Shown: piece after piece, positions 1 through 8,171 of the stretch | Layout of the letters: each line of letters begins with the position of its first letter | Numbering within the stretch: the stretch's first letter is position 1 | From: Limisphaerales bacterium | Lineage (GTDB): Bacteria > Verrucomicrobiota > Verrucomicrobiia > Limisphaerales > JAJOIW01 | Length of the DNA stretch: 18,125 bases | NCBI GenBank assembly: GCA_965657355.1 | Contig: CBFHOE010000017.1 | Coordinates: 13,987 to 32,111, forward strand | Direction: 5' to 3' | The notes under the pieces: model-generated | What the model saw: only the letters and a program-made list of their open reading frames with translations | Databases searched by the model: none | Told to the model about the DNA's origin: nothing | Translations under genes and position numbers: made by a program

Positions 1-1421
1 GTCACTTTCGGATAGTCAACGGCTTGGCCTTGTTCATTTAGCCCTGAGATTATTCTTGGATCAAAAATAAAATTGATTTTTGCTTGTCTCGCGAGTTGCC
101 TAATAGCTGCGACTAAAGGGCCTTCATCTATACTTATAAATGGTGCAACTTCGGTTGAAGCTCCAAGGTCACTAGCTAGCGACCTGGTGAATATAGAAGT
201 GCGAGCCGGAGTTTCTTCTGAGACCTCAACGGCAACAGGTTCAGGCTCAGGTTCAACTGGTTGGTTTTCACTAAATTGGCGAATCTTATTTGTTTGGCTA
301 GATTGCTCAGCTTGAAGTTCTCGTTGATATTGCTGGATGAAATACTCAACTTCAGGTGAATATTCAGATGTGACCATACCATCTAGCATTTTGTCCGCAC
401 CAAATGAGGCATGCTGCGTCTGGTATTCTGTGTCGTTTAATGTCTGCGATTCTATTTCAAATGAATTGTCGGGCTGAATTTCTTGAACAAGTTGATTATT
501 AGAAGCTTGTTGAATGTTGTTGACCTTTGCTAATTCGGTGCTCATTTCAACACTATTATTGCCTTCAATGGTATTAGCGCTGAGCGATGAATCTTGCAAA
601 CCACTTAATTCTTCGGGGCTTTCCGGTGAGGCTTTGTCTGTTTCGATTGTATTGCCTTGGGTAATCTCCTTATCTTCAGATGTGTCTTTGATCTCATTTT
701 TTGAAATCTCTATTGTTTTATCTTTGGATAGCTCATCTTTCGAAGATTCGACCGCCTCCACGTCGACAACTTTTTCATTTTCCGAAACAATTTCAGCCTC
801 TGGCGTTTCGGAATTTGGTTTCTTGTAAGTTGTTTTACTGGGGGTTTCTTCAAGCTCCTTTGCTGCAACTGAGATTATTTCACTTTTTGCAGGATTGTTA
901 GGATCTGATAGGACATCTTGGTGTGAAATATTTCCTTCGCTTTCGACAAGACCATTTGGTTTTCCGTTTTTGGTGCCTTGACTCAATTGTGATAAATTGC
1001 CCTCGGACTCCGGGTCCTCTTTCGATAACTCCGCGGGTTGATATTGGTTATTCTTGTTTTTATCAGGACTTAATTCGATGTCTCCGCTAAATTGATTCGT
1101 CAATTCTACTTGCTCCAAAATGGCCTTGTTTAGTTCTGAAAGTTCAGAATCACTTTTCTGAATTTGAGAGGCCAATTCGCTGACTTCATTTGTGATCGCA
1201 GAAGAATTATCTTTTTCAGAAATAGCGAGCTCTTTTGCAGAGACGGTTTCAATTTCTTCCTCAGTGTTATTTTCCTTACCTGGTGATAGATATTTATCTA
1301 CCTGGTTTTGGAGCTGTTTAAATATTGATAACCTATCTGAACTTTTTTGCGCCTGAACTACCTGGAATACTGAAAGACAGCACCCAAATAGTATCATTAT
1401 CATGATATATTGCTTTTTCAT
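1..1421 (-). CDS. pilQ: Secretin (PilQ/GspD family), N-terminal part, truncated by the window edge
   Basis: Hand-translated: ATG at 1421 and an open frame of 473 codons to position 1. Signal peptide MKKQYIMIMILFGCCLSVFQVVQA, then a long E/S/N/K-rich region, then an STN-like segment APFISIDEGPLVAAIRQLARQAKINFIFDPRII from about residue 426. Fifth gene after pilMNOP. The secretin barrel domain is outside the window. Confidence 0.75.
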   Translation of the reverse strand, partial: MKKQYIMIMILFGCCLSVFQVVQAQKSSDRLSIFKQLQNQVDKYLSPGKENNTEEEIETVSAKELAISEKDNSSAITNEVSELASQIQKSDSELSELNKAILEQVELTNQFSGDIELSPDKNKNNQYQPAELSKEDPESEGNLSQLSQGTKNGKPNGLVESEGNISHQDVLSDPNNPAKSEIISVAAKELEETPSKTTYKKPNSETPEAEIVSENEKVVDVEAVESSKDELSKDKTIEISKNEIKDTSEDKEITQGNTIETDKASPESPEELSGLQDSSLSANTIEGNNSVEMSTELAKVNNIQQASNNQLVQEIQPDNSFEIESQTLNDTEYQTQHASFGADKMLDGMVTSEYSPEVEYFIQQYQRELQAEQSSQTNKIRQFSENQPVEPEPEPVAVEVSEETPARTSIFTRSLASDLGASTEVAPFISIDEGPLVAAIRQLARQAKINFIFDPRIISGLNEQGQAVDYPKV

Positions 1422-1431
1422 TATTAGGTCT

Positions 1432-1968
1432 CTATTTAAAATCTTTTATTTTTAAAACTCTCAATTGGTTTTGATCTATAAATTTTACAAGAACACTATT
1501 TTTTCTTATTAGGAGGCATTTAAGAGACACTTGACTTTCGCCTGCTGTAACAGGTTTTGTTTCGCCTTGCTCATAGGTTTTGCCGTTGATCAAGGCTATG
1601 CGTCGAGTTTGACCATAACTAATTCCTTCTAATCTGACTTCAGTCTCAATTACCGATAGCGGGGCTACCGAGGGAGCTATACTCGCACTAGGAATTAACT
1701 TCTTTGGTTCCCTTCGTTTTGAATGCGGGAAAAATGGATCTTTTCCAAAACCTTGTTTATTGGTGAAGTTACTTCTGGGAAATGAGAAGAAGGAATCAAT
1801 GGATGTGTTGTTGTTTGTGGATTGATCGATTGCCTTGATTGATATGCTTGGTGAAGCTTCTTCATCACTAACAGTTATTACCCCGTTTTGAGCAGAGGTT
1901 ACCATTACCGTAATGGAGAAAATTACGGTTAAAAAAATCAATAAGCTTCTGTAATCAAATAATTTCAA
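1432..1968 (-). CDS. PilP-like pilus assembly protein
   Basis: Lies between pilO and the secretin. GKDPFFP motif, then a beta-rich domain (LEGISYGQTRRIALINGKTYEQGE) typical of PilP/GspC-HR folds. TTG start preceded by AGGGAAGA. Signal peptide. Confidence 0.65.
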   Translation of the reverse strand: MKLFDYRSLLIFLTVIFSITVMVTSAQNGVITVSDEEASPSISIKAIDQSTNNNTSIDSFFSFPRSNFTNKQGFGKDPFFPHSKRREPKKLIPSASIAPSVAPLSVIETEVRLEGISYGQTRRIALINGKTYEQGETKPVTAGESQVSLKCLLIRKNSVLVKFIDQNQLRVLKIKDFK

Positions 1969-1986
1969 AATATCTTCCCTTAATGA

Positions 1987-2583
1987 TCAACTACCCGATT
2001 TCCTTTTAATTATGACGACTAAATCGAAGTTAAATGAGAGAGATTCATTGTAACTGCGACCTCTTATTATCGCTGGGACACCATTTTTTTGTTCAATTGA
2101 TAAATTTTCAATGCGATAGAATGGATTACTGTTCTCGAGATCTGAGACGTAGGCTCCAAGCTCGTGAAACGGGGCCTCACCGATTACCCCAAATCGGATG
2201 ACTTGAAAATTAAATCCCGGAAGCAGAGGTTTTTGATCTACTTTGCCAGCTTGTATTCTAGCTCTGACATTGGCGTAATCCCGATTAAACTCTTCCATCT
2301 TTAACAACGCCCAAGTGTATGGATCGCCATCAGCCATGTATTCTTCAAGAGTTTCAATTTGGCTCAGAGCTGCAGTATAATCGCTAATTATTGATTCTTC
2401 TTTGCTTAATAGCCGCTGCAATTTGGAGTTGTCTCTCTCAATTTTGCCAAGTTGAGATTTATGAGAATTGATCTTTTGCCGTTGTCCGGCCACAAAGAAT
2501 TGAATAGCGAAAGCACAAAAAAAGGCCGTCCCTATCCCCAGTAGGATAAGAGTATCTTTTTTGTCTTTACTAATCTTTTTCAT
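1987..2583 (-). CDS. pilO: PilO-like type IV pilus assembly protein
   Basis: One N-terminal TM helix, a coiled coil, and a C-terminal GEAPFHELGAYVSDLENSNPFYRIENLSI matching the PilO G-x-Y/F-H-x-L-G-x-F..L pattern. Operon position. Confidence 0.75.
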   Translation of the reverse strand: MKKISKDKKDTLILLGIGTAFFCAFAIQFFVAGQRQKINSHKSQLGKIERDNSKLQRLLSKEESIISDYTAALSQIETLEEYMADGDPYTWALLKMEEFNRDYANVRARIQAGKVDQKPLLPGFNFQVIRFGVIGEAPFHELGAYVSDLENSNPFYRIENLSIEQKNGVPAIIRGRSYNESLSFNFDLVVIIKRKSGS

Positions 2584-2611
2584 TTCCAGTGAATTTTATC
2601 GACCAAAGTGC

Positions 2612-3274
2612 CTATTTGTGAACCTTGTCATCAAAATTAATGACACTAGTGAAATCGACATAATTAATATCGGGATTGTAGGGATCGTTTCTTCTAAGCC
2701 CAAGGTCTATCAATCTCATCTGGCCTGGATTGCTAACTATAGTTGATATAAATGGCTGTTTGACGAGTTGCATGGAGTAAGTGTTTACAGATAAACGTCC
2801 GTCTGGACTTGAATCAAATCCATTAATTGTCAGGGATGTTTTTTGGGTAACTTGTGCAGGAATTTTTTTATCACCATGTTTTTTTTCCGCTTCATAAATA
2901 TTTTCCTGTTTACCTATTAATCCAGAGAGGTAAATATTTGGGGTAACTGAACTTTGAAGATCATTTAGGACTGGCCCCCAAAGAAATCGATTTGTTGCAT
3001 ATTCACGAAGTGACTCAATTTCACCTTCTATCAAAATTGACTCTTTTAACTTACTCTCTAATTCAACATATTTTTTCTCATTCTCTGTCCACTCAGCGGT
3101 CCGAGCGGAAACTTCAGTAAATATAGAATGCCTTTTTAAATATACTGAAAGAGAATAAAACGTAACTAGTAGGCAACATGCGCCAGAGACCATATAGCCT
3201 ATGAATTTAGGATCACGAAACCTTTCGCTCCGCCGATCGTATTCTTCAGATAATAAATTTAAACGTATTGGCAT
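2612..3274 (-). CDS. pilN: PilN-like type IV pilus assembly protein
   Basis: N-terminal IRLNLL (variant of the PilM-binding INLLP motif), TM helix, coiled coil, RFLWGPVLNDLQSSVTPNIYL. Directly follows pilM. Confidence 0.8.
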   Translation of the reverse strand: MPIRLNLLSEEYDRRSERFRDPKFIGYMVSGACCLLVTFYSLSVYLKRHSIFTEVSARTAEWTENEKKYVELESKLKESILIEGEIESLREYATNRFLWGPVLNDLQSSVTPNIYLSGLIGKQENIYEAEKKHGDKKIPAQVTQKTSLTINGFDSSPDGRLSVNTYSMQLVKQPFISTIVSNPGQMRLIDLGLRRNDPYNPDINYVDFTSVINFDDKVHK

Positions 3275-3278
3275 CGTA

Positions 3279-4349
3279 TCAATTTAAAAATGCAAGGCCT
3301 GCACCGATGGATGCTCCGAATTGGTTTTTATATTCCATCAATTGTTTATCTTTATCTATGGGCAACCTTCTTTGGATCTTGTCAAGTGGGTCCCAGGCAT
3401 TACATTTAAGCGGCATCTTGCTGGCGATGCCCCTAAAGATTGCGTCAGAATTCAAGGCACCAGCTCCTGAAACGTAAATCTCATCGATTTCTTTCTCCTG
3501 GGTGTAGGCATAAAAATCCAGAGATGCGGAGACTTCACTCATAAAAGAAGAAAGTCTGTCTTCTATAAAATCTTCAGATCTTGCTTCTAATTCTTCCTGA
3601 AGCGAGAAAGCGGTGGACTCGTCAAATCCCATAGCAAGCTGTTCAACAGGTTCTTTGACTGAAAGATTGTCTCCACCAAATTGAATATTTCTAGTAAGGC
3701 CAACATCACCGCAATCGATAATGCATATGGATGAATGAGAGTGACCAATATCAATAAGTCCAATGGTGGATGATTTGAATTTTTCAGGAAAACAAAATTC
3801 AAAAGAATTGATAATGCCGACCTGACAGGGAACAACATGTTCTAAAGAATACTTTGATTTATTAAAGGCTTGCTTGAGATCGGACATCGTATTTTGTTTT
3901 GTTCCACCAACCAATACACGCGAGCGATTTTCGTCTGTGGATAGAGTTTCAGGCTCCTTCTCGTCCAAACTGATGACCTCACAATCAAAAGTATGATTGT
4001 CCAACTGCTGTCCTAAATAATTTTGGGCTCCAACCCTAAGCATCTTTCTCATATCTGGAAGCGGGACGACGGGCATCATGGTTTGCTTCATAACCGAATT
4101 TGAAGCATTTAGAGACACCACAGCTTTTTTTGTAGGAACACCCAAATTTTTGACAACCGATTCAATACATTTGGAGAGATTGTCTGGACTTTTAAAGTAT
4201 TCCCCCTCCTGGCGCTCAAGAAAATAATTCATGAGAACCGGCCTTCCATCTTTAAAAGATACATGAAGTGCTTTAAACCAGAGTGCCCCAAAGTCAAACA
4301 CGATGGCCTGATTTTGTGGCTTAAGTTTTTTTGAGGAGCTAAACTTCAT
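3279..4349 (-). CDS. pilM: PilM type IV pilus assembly protein (actin/FtsA-like fold)
   Basis: Actin-fold motifs VFDFG, LIDIGHSHSSI, RNIQFGG, EVSASLDFY and IYVSGAGA. 356 aa. First gene of the operon. Confidence 0.88.
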   Translation of the reverse strand: MKFSSSKKLKPQNQAIVFDFGALWFKALHVSFKDGRPVLMNYFLERQEGEYFKSPDNLSKCIESVVKNLGVPTKKAVVSLNASNSVMKQTMMPVVPLPDMRKMLRVGAQNYLGQQLDNHTFDCEVISLDEKEPETLSTDENRSRVLVGGTKQNTMSDLKQAFNKSKYSLEHVVPCQVGIINSFEFCFPEKFKSSTIGLIDIGHSHSSICIIDCGDVGLTRNIQFGGDNLSVKEPVEQLAMGFDESTAFSLQEELEARSEDFIEDRLSSFMSEVSASLDFYAYTQEKEIDEIYVSGAGALNSDAIFRGIASKMPLKCNAWDPLDKIQRRLPIDKDKQLMEYKNQFGASIGAGLAFLN

Positions 4350-4377
4350 TTATATAACTTTATTTGTTACCTTGATA

Positions 4378-4404
4378 TAATCGGAGCAATTGTCTCATTC
4401 TTAA
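4378..4404 (-). promoter_or_regulatory. Candidate sigma28 (FliA/SigD-type) promoter for the pilMNOPQ operon
   Basis: Minus strand reads TTAAG-N14-TCCGATTA, against the consensus TAAAG-N14-GCCGATAA. Spacing is exact and the motif ends 28 nt upstream of the pilM ATG. Confidence 0.5.
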
Positions 4405-4459
4405 CCCACTGATTATCAGGCCGGTATCTCATAATTAGCGCTGACCGGGAACGATGGCG

Positions 4460-4484
4460 GGATTTTGGACAAAACTCAAAATCC
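4460..4484. repeat. 8-bp perfect inverted repeat in the divergent intergenic region (possible operator or hairpin)
   Basis: GGATTTTG-gacaaaact-CAAAATCC. Confidence 0.4.
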
Positions 4485-4638
4485 AGGACACGCAGTACCT
4501 ATAAAATAGACACCCCCTCATCTGAAGGAATTGATTAGAAACATGCTTTTTTGCGGGAATTATTGAAAAATACACATTATTCCCAAATCGCTCGTGTTTA
4601 TATATGAGACATGTGCTCAAAACTTATATTTTACAATT

Positions 4639-5421
4639 ATGGCCGATAAGGATTCTTTAATTAACCTTTTCTACAAAAATTGCCCTAAATTCCCCACGTT
4701 GAAGATTGTCTTTAAATCTGACACATTGATCTTTGTAAACAAACCAGCTGGATTGGTGACCCACCCGACAAAGGGAGATGAATATTCAAGCTTAGTTAGT
4801 CGGATGAGCCTTTCTCTAAGAAAAAATGGCCTACCCGATCACCCTATACATTTAATAAATAGGCTAGATCGCGAAACCAGTGGACTAGTCGTTTTTGCTC
4901 TCTGCGATGATAATGCAAGGCTATTGAGATCTCTCTGGAGTGAAAAAAAAGTGATTAAAACCTACATATGTATTACTCATGGGTATTCAGATTACCATAA
5001 TCACGAATGTAATGAGCCTTTAGGAAATGACGAAGAGAGCCCTGTTTATGTTAAAGACAAAGTGAGGACCGATGGAAAAATATCAATAACGCATTTCACT
5101 ACCATAAAAAATTTTAACAAAGATGGATATCCCTACTCTCTTATAAAAGCCACGCCGCGAACCGGAAGAAAGCACCAGATTAGAATTCATTTATCTCACT
5201 TGGGGCACCCCATCGTCGGAGATAAGTTGTATGGAAAGGACGAGTTATGCTATTTACGATTCGTCGATAAAAAATTATCGACTCATGATTACGATAATTT
5301 GAAGCTATTCAACCAAGCCCTCCATGGCCAGAGCTTGGAATTTCTCTCTGAATCCCTGCCGTTTAGAAAAATTTCATGTCAACCAGACAGAGATTTTGAG
5401 GCTTTCCACATGGATATTTGA
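4639..5421 (+). CDS. RluA-family pseudouridine synthase, no S4 domain
   Basis: Motifs VNKPAGLVTHP, NRLDRETSG (catalytic Asp), TGRKHQIRIHL, GHPIVGDKLYG and QALH. Start is uncertain: GTG 4594, ATG 4639 or TTG 4699. Confidence 0.93.
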   Translation: MADKDSLINLFYKNCPKFPTLKIVFKSDTLIFVNKPAGLVTHPTKGDEYSSLVSRMSLSLRKNGLPDHPIHLINRLDRETSGLVVFALCDDNARLLRSLWSEKKVIKTYICITHGYSDYHNHECNEPLGNDEESPVYVKDKVRTDGKISITHFTTIKNFNKDGYPYSLIKATPRTGRKHQIRIHLSHLGHPIVGDKLYGKDELCYLRFVDKKLSTHDYDNLKLFNQALHGQSLEFLSESLPFRKISCQPDRDFEAFHMDI

Positions 5422-5567
5422 GGTATGGTTTTTTGTCACCGTCTTTTCACAGGGCGAAGGCAAATTCAGCCACAAAGACTAGGAATCTTTTTCCTGCTTA
5501 ACAAAGCAATACGGCTTAAAGGATCCAAAACATGCTCAAACAAACGAAAATGCCCCCTATTTTTTCA

Positions 5568-5583
5568 TGGCATAATGATTGCT
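5568..5583 (+). promoter_or_regulatory. Sigma54 (RpoN) -24/-12 promoter of the flg operon
   Basis: TGGCAT-AATGA-TTGCT against the consensus TGGCAC-N5-TTGCW, with exact GG-N10-GC spacing, just upstream of flgF. Confidence 0.85.
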
Positions 5584-5599
5584 GTATAGAGATAGAAAA

Positions 5600-6361
5600 A
5601 TGAATATCGGTTTATTCAGCGCAGCATCAGCCTTAAATACCAATCAGAAATGGTTGGAATCAGTATCTGAAAATTTGGCAAGTCAACCCATCCCTGGATT
5701 TAAAAGAACCCAGATGGTGGTTGGGGCTGAAATAGCAGGCGAGATTCCAAAAGAATACCATGATGTCGCCAACGAAGGCCCAACTTCATACCTCCTTCCC
5801 ACCTCAAAGGCTGCTCTTAATTTCTCCCAAGGAGATCTCAAAAGAACTGAAGTCAAAACAGATTTTGCCCTGGAAGGTAAAGGATTTTTTGTGGTGCAGA
5901 CACCAGGAGGGGATGAGGTGTTCACAAGGGATGGTGAATTTAAGTTTTCTGCGGACGGTCAGCTGGTGAATAAGGAAGGTTACCCCGTTTTAGGCGATGC
6001 TGGCCCCATTTTTGCAAATGCACTTAACGATGCTCAGATCTTTGCTGAACCGGATGGCACGATTAGGCAAGGACAGCAAATTCTAGGAAAACTTAGAGTA
6101 GTCGATTTTGGTGATCTTAATAACCTCGAGCCATATAGTGGCGGTTTATTCAAGGCAAAACAAGGCGCGCCCGGTCCTGTTGAAATACCTGAGACAAAGG
6201 TAAGGCAGGGGTATCTTGAATCTGCCAATGTTTCAACGGTTAAGGAAATGGCTGGCTTGATTTTGGCTATGAGGAATTACGAAGCCAATCAAAAAGTCAT
6301 TCAAAACACAGATGACAAGCTAGGAAAAGCTATCCAAGCACTCGGAGAAAGCGCGTCTTAA
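5600..6361 (+). CDS. flgF: Flagellar basal-body rod protein FlgF
   Basis: SENLA..PGFKR, DFALEGKGFF, FTRDGEF and QGYLESANVSTVKEM; precedes flgG. ATG 5600 is preferred because TTG 5579 lies inside the sigma54 -12 box. Confidence 0.9.
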   Translation: MNIGLFSAASALNTNQKWLESVSENLASQPIPGFKRTQMVVGAEIAGEIPKEYHDVANEGPTSYLLPTSKAALNFSQGDLKRTEVKTDFALEGKGFFVVQTPGGDEVFTRDGEFKFSADGQLVNKEGYPVLGDAGPIFANALNDAQIFAEPDGTIRQGQQILGKLRVVDFGDLNNLEPYSGGLFKAKQGAPGPVEIPETKVRQGYLESANVSTVKEMAGLILAMRNYEANQKVIQNTDDKLGKAIQALGESAS

Positions 6362-6390
6362 TTTTTTATAAAGAAGGGAAAAACTAAAGC

Positions 6391-7173
6391 ATGATACGAG
6401 CACTATATTCTTCGGCATCTGGGATGCATGCCCAGCAGTTGAATCTCGATAATACAGCTAATAACCTTTCAAATGTCAACACGACGGGGTTCAAGAAAAG
6501 CAAAATGGAGTTTCAGGACTTGGTTTACCAAGATACCAGAAACGCTGGAGCTAATGTAGGTGGAGGCAATACTGTCCCAACCGGAATACAGGTTGGCCAT
6601 GGTGTAAGACTAGCCGCTACTTCCAAAATTTTTACCACAGGGGAACTCACTCCAACGAGAGCTGATTGGGATCTTGCAATTAATGGAGATGGATTTTTTG
6701 AAATTCAGTTACCAGATGGCACAGCAGCCTACACAAGAGACGGAGCTTTAAAGATTGACCAAAATGGCCAGGTAACCACGAGTCAGGGTTATCCTGTTCA
6801 AGGTGGATTCGTCCCTGTCGCTCCAAACGCAACTGCAGTCTCTATCTCTGAAAATGGCACAGTAACCGTGACAGCCGATGGGCAAGATGAAGTATTTAAT
6901 ATAAATTTAGTAAGATTTCAAAATCCAGCAGGCCTCAGAAACCTTGGGGGCAACCTTTACGCCGAATCCCCCGCTTCCGGAGTACCTGAAGCAGGAGAAC
7001 CTGGCCAGGATGGATACGGACGACTCCTTCAAGGGTATTTGGAGATGTCTAATGTGAAAGTTGTTGATGAGATGGTCAACCTCATCGTTGCTCAAAGAGC
7101 ATACGAAGTGAATGCAAAATCCATTCAGGCTGCAGATGAAATGATGGGACAAGCAAATAAAATAAAACGATAA
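6391..7173 (+). CDS. flgG: Flagellar distal rod protein FlgG
   Basis: 260 aa. ANNLSNVNTTGFKK, EFQDLVYQ, GIQVGHGV, YTRDG and LEMSNVKVVDEMVNLIVAQRAYE. Confidence 0.97.
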   Translation: MIRALYSSASGMHAQQLNLDNTANNLSNVNTTGFKKSKMEFQDLVYQDTRNAGANVGGGNTVPTGIQVGHGVRLAATSKIFTTGELTPTRADWDLAINGDGFFEIQLPDGTAAYTRDGALKIDQNGQVTTSQGYPVQGGFVPVAPNATAVSISENGTVTVTADGQDEVFNINLVRFQNPAGLRNLGGNLYAESPASGVPEAGEPGQDGYGRLLQGYLEMSNVKVVDEMVNLIVAQRAYEVNAKSIQAADEMMGQANKIKR

Positions 7174-7174
7174 T

Positions 7175-8158
7175 ATGGTTACTTATAAATTTACTTTGAT
7201 TCTTTTTATATCATTACTCTTTTCCAGTCTTGAGTCTCAGGAGGCATCCTCGATAGCTGTTGAACCTCCGGTTCGCATAGAGTGGAAAATTAAAGATGAA
7301 GTTGTCCTCAATAAGGATGAAATATTATTGAGCGATATCATTGAAACTCCAGGAAATACCCCGATACCTGAAATACCTCTCGGGCCAACGCCAAGCATTG
7401 AAAGGCCTATTCATCTTCATCAATCCAAAATCTTTCATATTGTTGAAAAGGATTTACCAGGTTTATTAGCACCAAAAGGGAGTGGTCCACAATGGTGCAA
7501 AATTTCAAGGCAGCATAGACTATTCCAAGAGAGCGAGTTCTTAGAGACGGTCACTCAATCCATTGATCAGATTTTCCAAAATCCAGACGAGAATATAGTT
7601 ATTAAGCTAACAAGAAAATGGAGACCGATTCCTGTTCCTGATGAGCCTGTGATATTTGAAGTTGAGGATCATGATAAAATCAAAGTGGCAACCTATGGGG
7701 TCATCCGGTTTTACCTCATTCATAATAGGGGCAAATCAGGGCCTCATTTCGTGCAAGTCAGATGCCAAAAACCAAAAGAGGTTTTGGTGTTAAAGACAAA
7801 AGTTAATAGAGGCGAAACCATTAATGAACAGAAACATTCATGGGTTTCAATGGATACATTGTCCATTAGAAGTCCTATCACTAGGGAGTCATATGATCCG
7901 ACTGATTTATTTCAAGCGAGTAGAAATTTAAACGCTGGAATTGTATTAACAGATCGAGATGTGAAAAGAAAACCTTTGGTCTCACGTAGATCACTTGTAA
8001 CAGCTCTCAGCGAAGTGGGAAAATTGAAAATTTCGATTAAAGCGTTGTCAGAGGAAGAAGGCTACAAGGGCGATGTCATTAAGGTAAGAAACTTAAGATC
8101 CAATAAAGAGTTTTTTGCAAAAATTATTGGAGCTAATTTGGTAGAACCCCTCCTGTAA
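7175..8158 (+). CDS. flgA: Flagellar P-ring formation chaperone FlgA (long form)
   Basis: Signal peptide; C-terminal SAF/ChapFlgA-like region (PLVSRRSLV..ALSEEEGYKGDVIKVRNLRSNK); lies between flgG and flgH. Confidence 0.85.
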   Translation: MVTYKFTLILFISLLFSSLESQEASSIAVEPPVRIEWKIKDEVVLNKDEILLSDIIETPGNTPIPEIPLGPTPSIERPIHLHQSKIFHIVEKDLPGLLAPKGSGPQWCKISRQHRLFQESEFLETVTQSIDQIFQNPDENIVIKLTRKWRPIPVPDEPVIFEVEDHDKIKVATYGVIRFYLIHNRGKSGPHFVQVRCQKPKEVLVLKTKVNRGETINEQKHSWVSMDTLSIRSPITRESYDPTDLFQASRNLNAGIVLTDRDVKRKPLVSRRSLVTALSEVGKLKISIKALSEEEGYKGDVIKVRNLRSNKEFFAKIIGANLVEPLL

Positions 8159-8171
8159 GAGAAGGCTAATA

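Noticed and set aside
73..901. Small ORFs 73..315, 176..382, 514..828 and 701..901
   Set aside because: All are antisense or out-of-frame shadows of the long secretin ORF 1..1421.
1380..1391. LFGC lipobox-like motif in the secretin signal peptide
   Set aside because: The Cys is at residue 14 with a short hydrophobic region, and a good SPI site (VQA|Q) follows at residue 24. SignalP would be needed to decide.
4435..4620. 61-aa minus-strand ORF in the pilM-rluA intergenic region
   Set aside because: No recognisable motif or ribosome binding site; it overlaps the likely promoter region and is probably spurious.
5448..5556. Superficial resemblance to a c-di-GMP-I riboswitch upstream of flgF (GGCAAA..CAAAGC..GGCTTAA)
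   Set aside because: No P2 hairpin with a GAAA tetraloop, P3 does not pair, and the region lies upstream of the sigma54 promoter. An Infernal search with the Rfam c-di-GMP-I model would settle it.
5579..5599. Extended flgF start at TTG 5579
   Set aside because: The TTG is part of the sigma54 -12 element and lies upstream of the predicted transcription start.
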